From Laetmonice hystrix (lineage: Eukaryota): a stretch of 64,000 nucleotides of DNA. The notes beneath the pieces are model-generated. The model was given only the letters and a program-made list of their open reading frames with translations. It was not told where the DNA came from and searched no databases. The position numbers were made by a program, and so were the translations under genes. Of this stretch, positions 1 through 13,100 are shown piece after piece; the first letter of the stretch is position 1; each line of letters starts with the position of its first letter. The stretch is taken from contig OZ249445.1 of assembly GCA_965235115.1 (NCBI GenBank), forward strand, positions 2,604,001 to 2,668,000, written 5' to 3'.

Positions 1-1856
1 AGCGAATCACATACCGTATCTCCCAGACACCTGCGTCATGTTACCATGGTAACAAGGATTCTTCATGACGTCTGGGACTACTGGTCGTTTTTCTAATTGA
101 TGCATCATATCTGCACGTGTTGGCAGGGGATTTAATCTTTCCGAATCAATATTTCAGTCTGAAACAGGCCACACTACTAGTGAATAAATGCCATCCAGAC
201 TGGACCTTGAGACAGCGAAATCTTTCGAGAAACTGTCAGCAATTATTCATCCAGTCCTTCCTATTTTAACACATACAGGAGACGCGTACACAGATCAAGA
301 TAAGATAGAGTGTGCTAACCATGTTCTGATTTATATAAATCCTTAATACATCCAAAATCTGGTTTAGTGTACATGTATTTAAGGCCCAGCGAGTCTCGTA
401 TTCGCTAATACCGGTACTACTAGTAATCAGTTTGTAACGGGCGACCTAGAACGAGAGAATTACGGAAACTACCATTTTTCTACAATAGCATGGTACATCT
501 CTATTTTAACAGATACTCATTCGTATAGATACCGTAGTTCGAAACAGTTCCCCCCCCCCCCTATTATACTACTGTCTATCTACATCATAAGCGGTGTTAA
601 ATACTACATTTATCGAAAGGAAGGAAAAAAATAGCAATTATTTAAGAGCTCAAGTGGATGCATGAGCTACACAACAGCAGCGCGTTCCAAACGTGTGGAT
701 TTTAGCATGATAAATCGGCCAGGCACTGTGACATTGAGCCATTTCTCGTCCCTTTTTATCTGCCGCTGACAGATATATCTAAATAGATTTGGCACTCATG
801 TCACTTTCAACATTATTGATCTCACCCAAAATTATTATTTATCCATTAGGACCATCGCATGTGTCAGCAGAAATTCTTTTAACGTAACAGCGGGGATTCT
901 ATATCTGCCTTAAGTAGTGTTGATGAAATGCGAAGACTGGGAGGACTGCTGGGACTGGTTCTCCATACTGATTCCCAGTCAGTATTAAACCAGGCAGGTC
1001 GGACTGATCCGAGGTCAGGGGTGTCCACCAACCCTTCTGTAGGCGGAGGGGGGGGGGGGGATATATAAATCTACCCTCTCATGGTACGCTAGGGAATAAT
1101 TCTAATCCGACCAAGGACATCAAGGACAAACAACTCTTTGTGTTTAACATCACAGTAACCATAACAAAGCTCTTCAATATACTTCGCGTATTTTCCTTTC
1201 AGCGGCTTTTAAATGAATTTTTTCGCCATCCTGACAAGTAACTTAATAAAGCTGGTGAAATAATGAGTTGCTGGATAATGACCTTAGACTTAGTGAACAT
1301 GAACCGGTAACAAAGAGTTCCTGAGAGTTTTGATAATCTGTGAGGCCTTCAAGTGGATTACTCACATTCTACCTGCTGTTCAATATGAATAAACCATAAA
1401 TCACCCCAGGTTTGATGTGGAATCACGGATAAAGCTTTAAACAATTTATGGTACGTGTACCATTGTCTTAAAATGTTATCATGTATACTCTGCCATCAGT
1501 GCTCAGAGATGTGTCCCTGTGCCCGGAATACTTGATACCCTCCTCACCCCCCCCCCCCCCTTACCTCACCCCACCCCGGTCCTCTGTCACTAGAACTACG
1601 TGAACTCACCCCCCCCCCCCCGGTCCTCTGTCACTAACCACGGGAACTCGACAGAAGGAGTAAGATCAAAAACAAGATCACGATATCAAACCAGATGCAC
1701 ACATCCAAGTCTAGTGTTTGCCATTACCACCGGCTGCTGCTATATCGTGTACCTGAGCAAGGTCAACCACACTAGACCCTCCATTTTACATACACGGACC
1801 ATACTAACGAATATCGAATAAATACATTACACCAAGTGAACGGCACTGGTTCTTAA

Positions 1857-2196
1857 AGGTGCTATTCGTGAAAAAAAAGTTCAATTTTTTTATTTTTAAT
1901 TTGTTGATGTTTATGTGATCCCACCTATCATGGAAATAGATTCACAACAAAGGAAATCAAAATTTTTCATGGATAACTGCACAAATGGGGCTCTCCCAGA
2001 AGGCCTGTGGAGACCCTTACACGCCCCACCATAGGAAATGGCTCTATCTCGGTGCGCACCGAGATAGGTTTCAAATGCTGCACACAAACTAATAGAAGGT
2101 TTATCAGGCCAATGGTATCGGTAGGAATTTTTTCTAGTACTATGTGCACAATGTATGATAGGAGAAATGCCATTCTGTGCGAGACGAATAGCACCT
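1857..2196. mobile_element. Non-autonomous DNA transposon (MITE), Kolobok-type, copy 1
   Basis: 13-bp TIR AGGTGCTATTCGT...ACGAATAGCACCT flanked by TTAA (1853-1856, 2197-2200). A near-identical inverted copy lies at 31795-32131. TTAA target plus 5'-RR termini fits Kolobok rather than piggyBac (CC termini). Confidence 0.8.
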
Positions 2197-3605
2197 TTAA
2201 AGGTGCTCTATATCGATCGTCGTGTCCTCAGCCTCATGTGTCAGGTAATTATTGAATATGGAGCAGCGAGATGGCAGACCAGCCAAGGTGGTTTTTGTCA
2301 CGATTCGGAATGTTCATGACACAGTCTGTATTTTGGTAATATTTTAATTGACGGCATGTTTAACCGCCTGACAGCTGTCATGACGCTAAGATCCTTTAAC
2401 CATTGTGTCATACAGAACCTGGTACAAATAGTCATTTATAAAACTGCTCTGTTTTAATTTTATTGAAGAGGGGGCCGGTTTTTTATGGTTTTTTTTCTGT
2501 CGTTTTTTTTGGTTTACCTTCTTAACCCTTAACTTAAGAATATAGCTTCGAGAAGGCAGTGGAGGGGAGGGGGTCACGGCTGCTGCCAGCGTACGTCAGC
2601 ATCCTGCATGCCATTCACCCAGAGACAGCATGAGAGAGAAGAAAAAAGGCCGCTGCCACACCCCCGTCCTCTATGAATAAGGTAACCCTTGATGCCGCCC
2701 GGGCCCCTCGCCCCCTGAGGTCTGCCCGCCGGCTCTCTGAGGGTGACGGCGGCCACCTGAGGAACCCAATGAATGCCATTATTATACACCAGAGGGCGCT
2801 GGCGGTCGTCATGATGGATGGCAGGCGGTTACGGACCCTACAGTTTACCTTGACCGTCCGCCGGTACCTAAAAATACCGAAATCCAATTCATGGCCACCT
2901 CTCAACACCCACCCTCCCTGACCCCATCCACCACCTTTGTTGCTATGTGTAGCACTGAAAAATACATGGTGTTGAGAGACTGCCATATGCATGTTCTTGA
3001 GGCTAAAGTCTTTATTATTAATGCCCCTTTAAGAATATCAGGTTATTCACCGGGATCGAGTCACTATGGTTTCATCATCGAGGTTTTCGTGAATGGATAA
3101 ATAGGTCCAACACCTCAGCCCCAGGTCAGTTTTTGGCCTGTCTCAACATCTGATTTGATACTCCATCCACTCCCTCAGCGAACCATATATTTATAGCGGG
3201 GGGATTTGGCGTGCAATGCTGCTAATCCTCAGGGAAGCCAACAGCCAACAGTGTTAATTTGCCTGGATGTATATCCGCTGATACCACGCCGACTGATGGA
3301 GCTAATCGCGCTGACCCTAACCGGGGCACGGCCTTCCCTGGCCGGTCACACGGGTAGGACCCCCGCCTCCCACCTTCCCACTCAACTGACCCGGGCCAGG
3401 CTGGGGGCTACGTGTCTCCGATATATGGACCCTCATTGACTGATAACAGGCAAGGGGTCACACCTGTGACACTCGTTAATATCGTGAACAAATAGGGTGT
3501 ACAAACTCGGATATCATCTGGCCTTTTATAGAGATAATATATATCACATACTATATCTATCATCTTAACTTTAAGATATATCACACGACTCTTATTAATC
3601 ACCTA

Positions 3606-3847
3606 CACTGTAAAAAATATTCCAATAGACAAAATTTACAGATTTATTTGGTGTAAATTTATTTTACAGTAGAGTTACCTGTAAAATAATGTAGTAATCT
3701 TTACATTTACAAATAAAAATGCCATAAAATTACAAATATTTCTGTCAAATTTACGTATTTTGCCTGTTTAATTACAGTTATTATAACTGGCAGCTGGGAC
3801 GCCAGTGAAATTAACTGTAAAAATACGCAGCTGTTTTTTTTACAGTG
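3606..3847. mobile_element. MITE with CACTG termini (CACTA/EnSpm-like, non-autonomous)
   Basis: 12-bp TIR CACTGTAAAAAA...TTTTTTACAGTG with TA on both flanks; AT-rich non-coding interior. Confidence 0.7.
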
Positions 3848-4464
3848 TATATAATCTAATAAAGGATCAGTTTTATTATAATACACAAGGCAAACATAGA
3901 TGGAGTCCTGCTCTCTCAGAATTTGATCTCTATAACGATGAGATTATCTGAAGCTTTCGGCTGCTTACAATACACGGTAAAAGAAAGCCCAGCTCAGGGC
4001 GCTGTGCATGCCATATCAAACTGAATACGGTAGTCCTCATTACGTACTGTATGGAAAGTTGACTTGATGTGGCGGAGCCGTGCCACATTTTTAACTGATT
4101 CCTTACAGTATGAGACCTGGGCCGTTACTGCAGGATTCGTTCGTACATTCTTTAAAGAAATTAAAACGATAATAACGGTCAAGTGTTGCTCTAAATTATT
4201 TCGTATCGTGTCTTACCGTAGAAAAACGTGCAAATTCTTAATTCCTAATACAGCCTCAGGGGGCTGTCTTAAGAAGTAAGAGAGGATTTTTATCGTATCG
4301 TACCATAACAGGATAACTTAAAAGTTCTTCTAAATAGAATCGGTGGCGTGTATGCAAGTTATTAACCAAAACATGCCCCTCGGGGGTCACAACCACACAC
4401 TTCATTTGAAATGGATTTGGTAATAGGTAAGATTTATAAGATACGATATGATACGAGGGTCCTA

Positions 4465-4600
4465 GGCCCAGTTCGTAAAAACTTAAGATCTTGCTTAAGC
4501 TTAAGCTTAACGCTTCTGATTGGCTGATCTACTGAGGCCAGCCAATCAGAAGCCTTAAGCTTAAGCTTAAGCAAGAGCTTAAGTTTTTACGAACTGGGCC
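4465..4600. mobile_element. Fold-back (near-palindromic) MITE
   Basis: GGCCCAGTTCGTAAAAACTTAAG...CTTAAGTTTTTACGAACTGGGCC. The arms pair over about 60 bp, with internal AAGCTT/TTAAGC repeats and CTGATTGGCTG / CAGCCAATCAG. A related diverged copy lies at 16977-17190. Confidence 0.75.
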
Positions 4601-4958
4601 CAGGAGCAATGCACAAATTCTTTAATCATACAAAGCATTTTAGAAGGGCCTTAAAGAATAAGGTGTATGCTCGGACCCCGACCCCAATGGCTGCCCACAT
4701 CCCAGTATCAGATCACCAGGCCGGCAGACAGTGTCCGGACCTCCCGGATGATGTAAACCTTCCCACAGTGATCTTTACTGACACCTGTCCCCACCTGTCT
4801 GGTGGCAGGCGGGAGCCGCTCGTTAGGACACCAACAGTCAGGTGCCAGTATCGTTAACAGGTCGAGGTGAAGCCTTCCCTGGCACGTCCCGACTACTGAG
4901 GCTCAGTTCACCCCATAATAAACTCACTGCTGCCCTCACCAAGCACAGGGATACATTG

Positions 4959-5130
4959 CCCGTGGTAACTTGACCCCACGAAATATGGTCAAAAGTAAAG
5001 ATCCCTAGCCCTGACCTTATCCCTAACCCCGGTCTCTACTCCTCCCAAAAACATATATCCTATCCCTCTACCTATCCCTAACCTTAACCCGAACCCCTGC
5101 CCAAAAATGTTGTGGGGAAGTTACCATGGG
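4959..5130. mobile_element. Probable MITE with imperfect TIRs and TAACCC-like interior
   Basis: CCCGTGGTAACTTGACCCCAC pairs imperfectly with GTGGGGAAGTTACCATGGG; interior of degenerate CCCTAACC motifs. Confidence 0.45.
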
Positions 5131-5877
5131 GGAATAACCGGCACAGGACCACCGCTATAATACGTTTCAGTCTCTGTGCATGGGAAATCCTCTTACAATT
5201 AGGATCTTACCCGTCGGCAGACAGTGTGGACATGAAGTATTGCTGTATCAACAATTACCAAATGTTTCCACGTGTAAATACGAGCACTTTGTCTATGACG
5301 GCACTCTGCCTGATGAGACAGGAATCTGTTCAAGTCGACATCTTCAGACTCGTGTTCTGGATGACCTTGAGGAGATATTATCAGCAGAACATAACTCACG
5401 ATGAAGGCTACAATTTCAGCTTCCTTTCACCAAACCAGATCAACACATAAACATTGTAATTAGAACACCTAGCTGGGAACAGTTACTTAATATCCTGGCC
5501 GGCAGCTGTATCTTTTTTTAGGATATACCTGACTTTGGAACAAACTCTGTGCAGTGAAGAATTAAAGTTAAGTATCATTAAATAATGTTAAGAAAGTGTA
5601 GCTAATAATTGGAAGGTTGGCAAGGACCTTCGAATGATTATCATCTCCTTTTATATTCTTGGTACAATAGGTCAGCAAAAAGGCTGGTACTATCGGCTTC
5701 AGGCAAAGACAAGTAGTATATGAAATGTCAATTTGTAGCGGTATCTCATTGTCTGATATCGAACACGAAATCAACGCCTAGAATCATTTCATGACCAGAA
5801 TATTCAAGTTTTAATGACCAGTGGCCGGGATTCTGAGGTGGCCCTTAGGACGATCAGATCGTCGTGAAACGCTCGGG

Positions 5878-6110
5878 GGCCGCAGTCCCCTCACATCTAT
5901 CAGAGGGTTTACTGTGACCATCATGTCCGTACAGTTCACCAGGCTCGGGCTGGGGAGATAGAATGACCCCATATTCCCTATCCACAGGCACAGTGGCCGC
6001 AGTCCCCTCACATCTATCAGAGGGTGTACTGTGACCATCATGTCAGCACAGTTCACCAGGCTCGGGCTGGGGAGATAGAATGACCTCCATATTCACTATC
6101 CACAGGCACC
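5878..6110. repeat. Tandem duplication, 2 x ~117 bp
   Basis: GGCCGCAGTCCCCTCACATCTATCAGAGGG...TATCCACAGGCAC starts at 5878 and again at 5995, with few substitutions. Confidence 0.85.
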
Positions 6111-8640
6111 ACTCTGTCTGTAGTCTACTGGTCGGAATCGTCAAGATAATGTCTACCTGGATGCTTGGCCTTCGTTCCCTGGTGGTTTTACGACTCATGA
6201 CCTTATGGTCTGGTCTTACCGGCCAGACCCTGACCTTTAAAGGTCAACAATTTTGTTAGGCCTTTAACGGTCCACGCTTTGGACTTGGCTTACGAGTCGG
6301 TGTGGCATTAAGGTCCCACGGCGCTTTCGTCTGGATCAATTCTGAGTCTATTTTGTCATAACAATATGAAAGATAGACAGATAGAAAGAAAGATAGATTC
6401 CAGTCTTGGGACGGGTTTGTGTTTATTAAGACTATAATCTTAGCGTTCCCTTAGAAACAGCTTTCGGGCTGATATCAGTTGTTTTTACATGTCCTCAATT
6501 GTTCGGATGAAAATCCACAATGCAGTTGTGTGTTAGAGAATTCCCCACAGAACTCTGGTCTATAAGAATTGACCCGGGAATATGGGAAAGTAACCAAGAC
6601 AATTTCAGAGTCTCCACGTGGTACACTGTATGGAGTTTTTCTCATAAATGTACTGTTCCTAGATAAGATGCCATTGTTAAGGCAATCTCGCCCTACCATT
6701 CCACCCAGACTGACTTGTAACACTCCATAACTGTACTTGGTAACTGTGGGGACTACTTTTCTCTTCTGTGACAGACAAATCTCATTTCCTATGGCCGGGA
6801 TGCGGAGTGATATAAATGGAGACAATTTCCTGGGCTCTCCCATGGGGGATTGATTATTCAACATGTTTGTTGAGGAAAGTAATCGAAACTTTTCTGTAGC
6901 ACGAACTGGAGTAATGCGACGCTTAACTTCAATCAGTTCATAAAATGTCACGTTCTCCGTCTGGTTGGGATTTGTTTAAAGTTCCCCAACTGGGACACAC
7001 AGCCGACTCAGTATGCAATCATGAAGTCCCACCGTAACATGAAGGTAAGATTGTAATGTTATTGTCCTGGGTAATTGGCCCACAACTTGCCCACATTCTT
7101 GCTAAGACTCAGTTTCAATGATTACTACCATTTTGTGCTCCTGGTGCACGAAGGGTCCATTACACGCCTTGCGACGCTTGTTTCCATGGTAATCACCGTC
7201 ATGTCGCTCAGACTTTAATTGGTGGAAAAAGCCGGAATACTTCAAGAAAACCTGGAGCAGGAACACACGAATTGTATTTAACCATCAGTGGTCGGAACCA
7301 TTGTGATTACCGACAACACGGAGATACAACCCTCACCCCTCCCCTCCCTCCCAGCCCTGTAGAATTGGTATAATCCCCAGTGTACATGTATCACCTTTCT
7401 GGGTAGTTTCTAACGATATGTACTCTATCGATTTATCAAAAGATCGATTTATCAAAAGATATTCAGGAGAATTGATGGCAACTATGTGACACGAGGTGGC
7501 CCAAGCGGACTAGAGGCGACATCTTACAGTGAATTAGTGTGCGCGTGGCAGTAGGCCTAGAATCAGTTCCCTGCGCACGTCTTGGCTTTGGGCAAGTCGA
7601 TCGCCGAGTGCCAAGCTGCGAGTGATTTATGTCAGACGTGGATCATTACAGCAAGAGCCCTGCTCCTAATCTTCCCTCTAGTGGGGCCCTAATTACCGCC
7701 CTGACCTCTCAAGTGTGCAGACTCGCTCCCACGTACCCATTAACCCCACGACGGTAACAGACAATCTGTCATTTCCACCCCCCACCAAATCTAGCTTAAC
7801 AAATATGCAAACCTGGGGACAGATGGTCGAATGTTTTTTATGACAATATCTGTGCGCTGCGATGGACGTTTAAGGCATGGTCCATGATGTTTTAGTGCCG
7901 AGAACTGTGGCCGAGCCGGGGAGGAGAGCTACCTAGTACCTACTACAGCATGCCTGAGAGGGTGCTGGTGTGTGATAGAAATAGTCGATGGTATGACAAC
8001 ACGTGAAGAGAATCAACCTGGCCTTCCATCGTCTTGTGTTTTACGTCTGTGTGTTTCTGACGACAGAACACACGGTGTGGGCAGTAAAACTGTCATAGGA
8101 TCTCAAGTGATTGATCTGAACGTCCCTGAACAAAGTCTCCAATGGTAAGGATTGGCAGGGTCAGCATCGCTGAGCGGTCGGGCTACAAGGATCTGTTAAA
8201 AGGATGAAGTCTGAGAATATTTAGGATGACGTCAACACAATACATCAGGACAGTAAAGTCTACTTCAGGATGTCAACATGTGAACATAAATTCTTCTCTT
8301 TTCTTCCATTCTTTAGTCGGTTCTCGTGGAAACTTTGGATTGCTGGTCTTATTCTCTAAAGCTTTTTACATAAATGATCTGTCTTTTTACCAACAAGCTT
8401 CAATTTGATGGCATTAGCGCGTTTTCCGACGAAGACAAGATTAATGACTGGTCGACAACGGTCCGGGTAATATCCTCAGCCATTACACATCACTGTGTTC
8501 AACGAGCCCGCCACCATGAATATTTAAACTGTCTCCTCGGTCGATGATAGATCGAGTCTGGCCCGTGGATGTGGTAGAGAATGTATGAAATAATACAATC
8601 GTACATTAAGGATGGATCTCCGCCCTCTTCTATACGTGCC

Positions 8641-8821
8641 ATCCATCGGAGTCTCAGACAGGACAGTAGTTTCTAATAACATTTGTTCCTCACGGCCCAC
8701 GGGGGTAGAGAGGCAGAGAGAGAACGGCAGAGAGCCAGAGAGAGCCAGAGAGAGACAGACAGAGACAGACAGACAGAGACAGTGAGACACAGACAGTGAG
8801 ACGGGAGATAGAGAGAGAGAC

Positions 8822-8852
<31 letters not shown>

Positions 8853-8930
8853 CAGAGACAGAGAGATGCCATCCATCTGAGAGGACACCAGTTTCCAATA
8901 ACATTTGTTCCTCTCGGCCCCCGGGGGTAC
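8641..8930. repeat. Compound GA/GACA microsatellite between two diverged ~65-bp direct repeats
   Basis: ATCCATC...AATAACATTTGTTCCTC...GGGGGTA occurs on both sides of the (GA)n/(GAGACA)n tract. Confidence 0.8.
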
Positions 8931-9462
8931 CACTCCGACTTCACCATCTACACATTCAAACTCTATGGACCTGTAATTCTAAATCCAAATATCTTGTAAC
9001 TACAGCAATGTTACCCCCACGCCACTTATAAATTAATGCTGCTTGCTCCGGGCCTGCTCGACTTCCATTCTTATGTTAATCTTAGCAGCACTGACGCTTT
9101 TCATTCAACGCTTATTAAAATAATATCTTTCATTATGCAATATTTACTCAGATTTATTTGGGGACTGGCTTTCAGCATGATTAAGTTATAATGAAGAGTG
9201 ATTCAATGCAGAGGAATTCGATTTCATGTATTACCACTGTGACAACCACTTTGCTGTAAAGCACAGATTTGCATTTGTGAATCTCCGAATGAGCTTATAA
9301 CTGACTATACATGACATATTTCCCACGCTTCTCATACTTGCCATATTTTCTCAATGTTAAATTTTCATACATTTCAAATTCCTTCATTCATCTAGTGGCA
9401 GTGAGGAATATTGCAGGTATTTTGAGCTAGTTGAGCTGTGAAGCTATAGTTAGTGTGAGAAA

Positions 9463-10279
9463 GAGGGGTGGTAGTTGGGTGGAGGGGTGGTAGTTGGGTG
9501 GAGGGGTGGTAGTTGGGTGGAGGGGTGGTAGTTGGGTGGAGGGGTGGTAGTTGGGTGGAGGGGTGGTAGTTGGGTGGAGGGGTGGTAGTTGGGTGGAGGG
9601 GTGGTAGTTGGGTGGAGGGGTGGTAGTTGGGTGGAGGGGTGGTAGTTGGGTGGAGGGGTGGTAGTTGGGTGGAGGGGTGGTAGTTGGGTGGAGGGGTGGT
9701 AGTTGGGTGGAGGGGTGGTAGTTGGGTGGAGGGGTGGTAGTTGGGTGGAGGGGTGGTAGTTGGGTGGAGGGGTGGTAGTTGGGTGGAGGGGTGGTAGTTG
9801 GGTGGAGGGGTGGTAGTTGGGTGGAGGGGTGGTAGTTGGGTGGAGGGGTGGTAGTTGGGTGGAGGGGTGGTAGTTGGGTGGAGGGGTGGTAGTTGGGTGG
9901 AGGGGTGGTAGTTGGGTGGAGGGGTGGTAGTTGGGTGGAGGGGTGGTAGTTGGGTGGAGGGGTGGTAGTTGGGTGGAGGGGTGGTAGTTGGGTGGAGGGG
10001 TGGTAGTTGGGTGGAGGGGTGGTAGTTGGGTGGAGGGGTGGTAGTTGGGTGGAGGGGTGGTAGTTGGGTGGAGGGGTGGTAGTTGGGTGGAGGGGTGGTA
10101 GTTGGGTGGAGGGGTGGTAGTTGGGTGGAGGGGTGGTAGTTGGGTGGAGGGGTGGTAGTTGGGTGGAGGGGTGGTAGTTGGGTGGAGGGGTGGTAGTTGG
10201 GTGGAGGGGTGGTAGTTGGGTGGAGGGGTGGTAGTTGGGTGGAGGGGTGGTAGTTGGGTGGAGGGGTGGTAGTTGGGTG
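9463..10279 (+). repeat. G-rich minisatellite, 43 x 19 bp (GAGGGGTGGTAGTTGGGTG)
   Basis: 817 bp = 43 x 19, with no variant unit seen by eye; G4 and G3 runs in every unit. Confidence 0.97.
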
Positions 10280-11084
10280 TTACCTCCTGATGACACAGCA
10301 CCCCCTCCCTACCCCACCCCTCATGGAACCCCTGCCGCCAGATGTCGCTCCGTGAACTCTGCCCGAACACTGGGCTCATTAAAACCTCTCCCACTGCGAC
10401 GGTATCCGCCCGATAGAAAAACACAAAACAACCCGCTACATCGTGTTAGAAATTATTGATACAAAACGGTTTTCAAACATATTCATATTTCAGGATCAGG
10501 ACAACCACTGACAATAATTCAGACAGCAATATTCACGATAATACAGACAGCCATATTCTCCCTTATTCTCAGAAAAATTATTCTTCGAAAATTTAAACCA
10601 CAAGGCTGAACTGTCTTTGAGAAAAACGCTTGAACTATCTAGTCCCCACAGTTAGAACCCGATTGAAATACTAGAACTAGATCTACTTCTTCCAATACAA
10701 AGACCGCTAGGCACATTTGAAACCCCTCAGAGCGCAAGTATGCAAGTATGCTTTCACTCTCATCTTAGTAAATTTGGATTTCACCTTACACCCTGACTCA
10801 GATTCCAATCCTTTCAAGAATGGCTTGCTATAAGATGAGAGTGAAAGCTGTAATTGTTGCCAGCTGCTATACGCCCAGCTGTCCCCTCCGTTTCCCCCAG
10901 CTGACTGCAATATACCAGGAGCTCTACTCAACCCCTCACTCCATGCTAACCTCCACGAGGGCTGCGTATACACGGAGAAGCTACTGGAGGAGATCTGTCT
11001 ACAACTATGGGTACACCGCCAGGTGTTACGACCCCATCCCTTCCCCCTCCCTGATCACATCTGGTCTCACTGACATAGACCCAG

Positions 11085-11241
11085 CAGGGGCGGATCTAGG
11101 GTCTATAATCAAGGGGGTGGGGTGGGGGGTGGGGGGTGGGGTCCACATAAGAAGGGCAAAATTAAATCGAGATATATTCGGAGGGAGGGGGGTCCGTTGT
11201 AAAAAAAAAAGGGGGGGGGCGTCCCCTATGATCCGCTACTG
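11085..11241. mobile_element. Short MITE with CAG(G/T)(G/A)GCGGATC termini
   Basis: CAGGGGCGGATC at the left end and GATCCGCTACTG at the right end (10/12 match); poly-G interior. A similar left end occurs near 63020. Confidence 0.5.
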
Positions 11242-11749
11242 TCCAGTTTTGGTGGTACGCAAGGGACGGGGGGGGGGGGGGTCCGACCCTTCCCCCTTTT
11301 TGAACTACCTCCGGTATTTTTTCTAATAGATTTTCCTTGACTACTGGATCTCTGGTATTCCCCCGATTTGAGGTGAACCAACGTATTTGCCAGCCTTCCC
11401 GGACGGGACCCCCCTATTCAAAATCCTGGCTCGGCCAGGTGAGACTGGAGTCGGCAGACTCTGTCAAGCCCTGTCGCCTAACACCGTCTTCAGCTGAACG
11501 GTCCTCATGCGACAGCGCCTGCTGGCGGGAATTTTGCGAAACCGGAAATTGATGAGGCCTAACCGTGTTAGCAGCTGGCAACCTGTTTGTTATAGGCCTA
11601 CATAACACACATTGATCGCGAAACGTTTGGAGATTCATATTGTGTGACGGTAATTTACTTCTTTATATACGATATATATGTTTCTATCCCTCATTGTAGA
11701 TATTTGAAGTGCCATAGAAAAGCTTGATCGGGACGGTCCGTCATATGCT

Positions 11750-11862
11750 CATACAAAACCGCCAGATGGCAGTAGGTATTGGGATGACGGGGAACCTCGT
11801 GCTGCCATCTATCGTTTTAAGTTCAAACTAAAACTGCTGACTGCCATCTGGCGATTTATATG
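11750..11862. repeat. Inverted repeat / small hairpin element
   Basis: Perfect 14-bp arms CGCCAGATGGCAGT (11760-11773) and ACTGCCATCTGGCG (11840-11853), with imperfect outer extension. Confidence 0.6.
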
Positions 11863-12785
11863 GTACTAATCATTACTGGCCGCCAGTGGCGCTGTCGTCA
11901 AAGCCTCGACAATGGCTGCCGTCGAGCTTCGCTTCAGCAATTCAAATATTCCCAATGACGAATAGACGCCTAATAATCGCGTGTAAAGATGAGACAACAT
12001 CTCAAATACTGAGATAATCATTCAATTAACTTCTCAAATTGTAACAATCTTCAACCGCACCGCGATCGTGACGTGTCTTGTCAAGCCTAGGCCAAGGCCT
12101 TGCCTAGGTTAGGTTTCTCCAAATTCCCGCCAGCAGGCGCTGCCGCATTTTGACCGTGTGGCGTGCAGTTCCTCGGTTAGGAGAATAGGCCTTGGTATAG
12201 GGTCTTGATGATCAAAACTGTGTGATGTGGGGCACCAAGAGAACCTGATGACACTCCGGGGCAGTTTTCAAAAGACGCTTGTATAATCATATATGTGCAG
12301 ATCCAGGGAGGGAGAGAGAGGGAGGGACAGAGAGAGGCAGGGACAGAGAGAACGAGACAGGGAGAACAAGAGGAGATTTGCTGCCTCCTCCCATCTCTCG
12401 CGGTTCCTCCTCAATGCCTGCCAACAGCTCTCTGCTCCTGGCGCCCACCGAGCCAGGAGCCTCCAGCTGGTGAGCGGCGGCCGAGGTCATAACCTTCTCC
12501 AGGGGGATAATGACACGATCTCCCTCCAGCCTTCCTCCTGACTGCCTCCAGGTGGGGCCTTCCCACCTGGAGGACGCTACGCACGCCTTTGGTCATTAAA
12601 TCTACTCTAGGCAGTGCGCCACAGCACTTTCCTTCACCTTCCTCTCTCCGGGCGGAATGTGCCTAAAATAATGTTCTCCTGGAGTGAGCGCTCAACGGGA
12701 ATTTACGCTACGCTGACTGCATGAGTGTTGACCAGGCCTGAGAGAGGGTGTGAGAGAGCAGGATATAGAGAGACAGCCAGAGCCA

Positions 12786-12788
<3 letters not shown>

Positions 12789-12851
<63 letters not shown>

Positions 12852-13100
12852 AGCGAGAGAGGAGAGAGCCAGAGAGAGAGGCGGAGAGCCAGAGAGAGAG
12901 AGAGGCGGAGAGCCAGANNNNNNNNNNNNNNNNNNNNNNNNNNNNNNNNNNNNNNNNNNNNNNNNNNNNNNNNNNNNNNNNNNNNNNNNNNNNNNNNNNN
13001 NNNNNNNNNNNNNNNNNNNNNNNNNNNNNNNNNNNNNNNNNNNNNNNNNNNNNNNNNNNNNNCACAGCGAGAGACAGAGAGATAGATAGAGAGAGACATA
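12789..13100. repeat. (GA)n microsatellite spanning an assembly gap
   Basis: Pure and degenerate GA repeats; 145 N at 12918-13062. Confidence 0.95.

Noticed and set aside
1967-2255. Small ORFs recurring at 31724-32077, suggesting a duplicated gene
   Set aside because: They lie inside the two copies of the TTAA-flanked MITE and end at its borders.
5310-5340. Hammerhead-ribozyme-like motif CTGATGA-gac...gtc-GACA (similar at 8426-8460 and 55069-55109)
   Set aside because: The catalytic core is broken in all three (GACA for GAAA, CCGACGA or TTGACGA for CTGANGA, or no helix II). At most these are Penelope-type remnants.
6475-6951. 158-aa minus-strand ORF, the longest non-repeat ORF in the left half
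   Set aside because: No recognisable domain or splice context; probably a decayed transposon fragment. BLASTx would be needed.
8524-8999. Overlapping SVSV/LSLC/RQRQ ORFs
   Set aside because: Microsatellite translations.
9427-10424. 289-aa and 324-aa Pro/Thr-rich 'mucin-like' ORFs
   Set aside because: They are translations of the 19-bp minisatellite (19-aa period from three units); no splice or promoter support.
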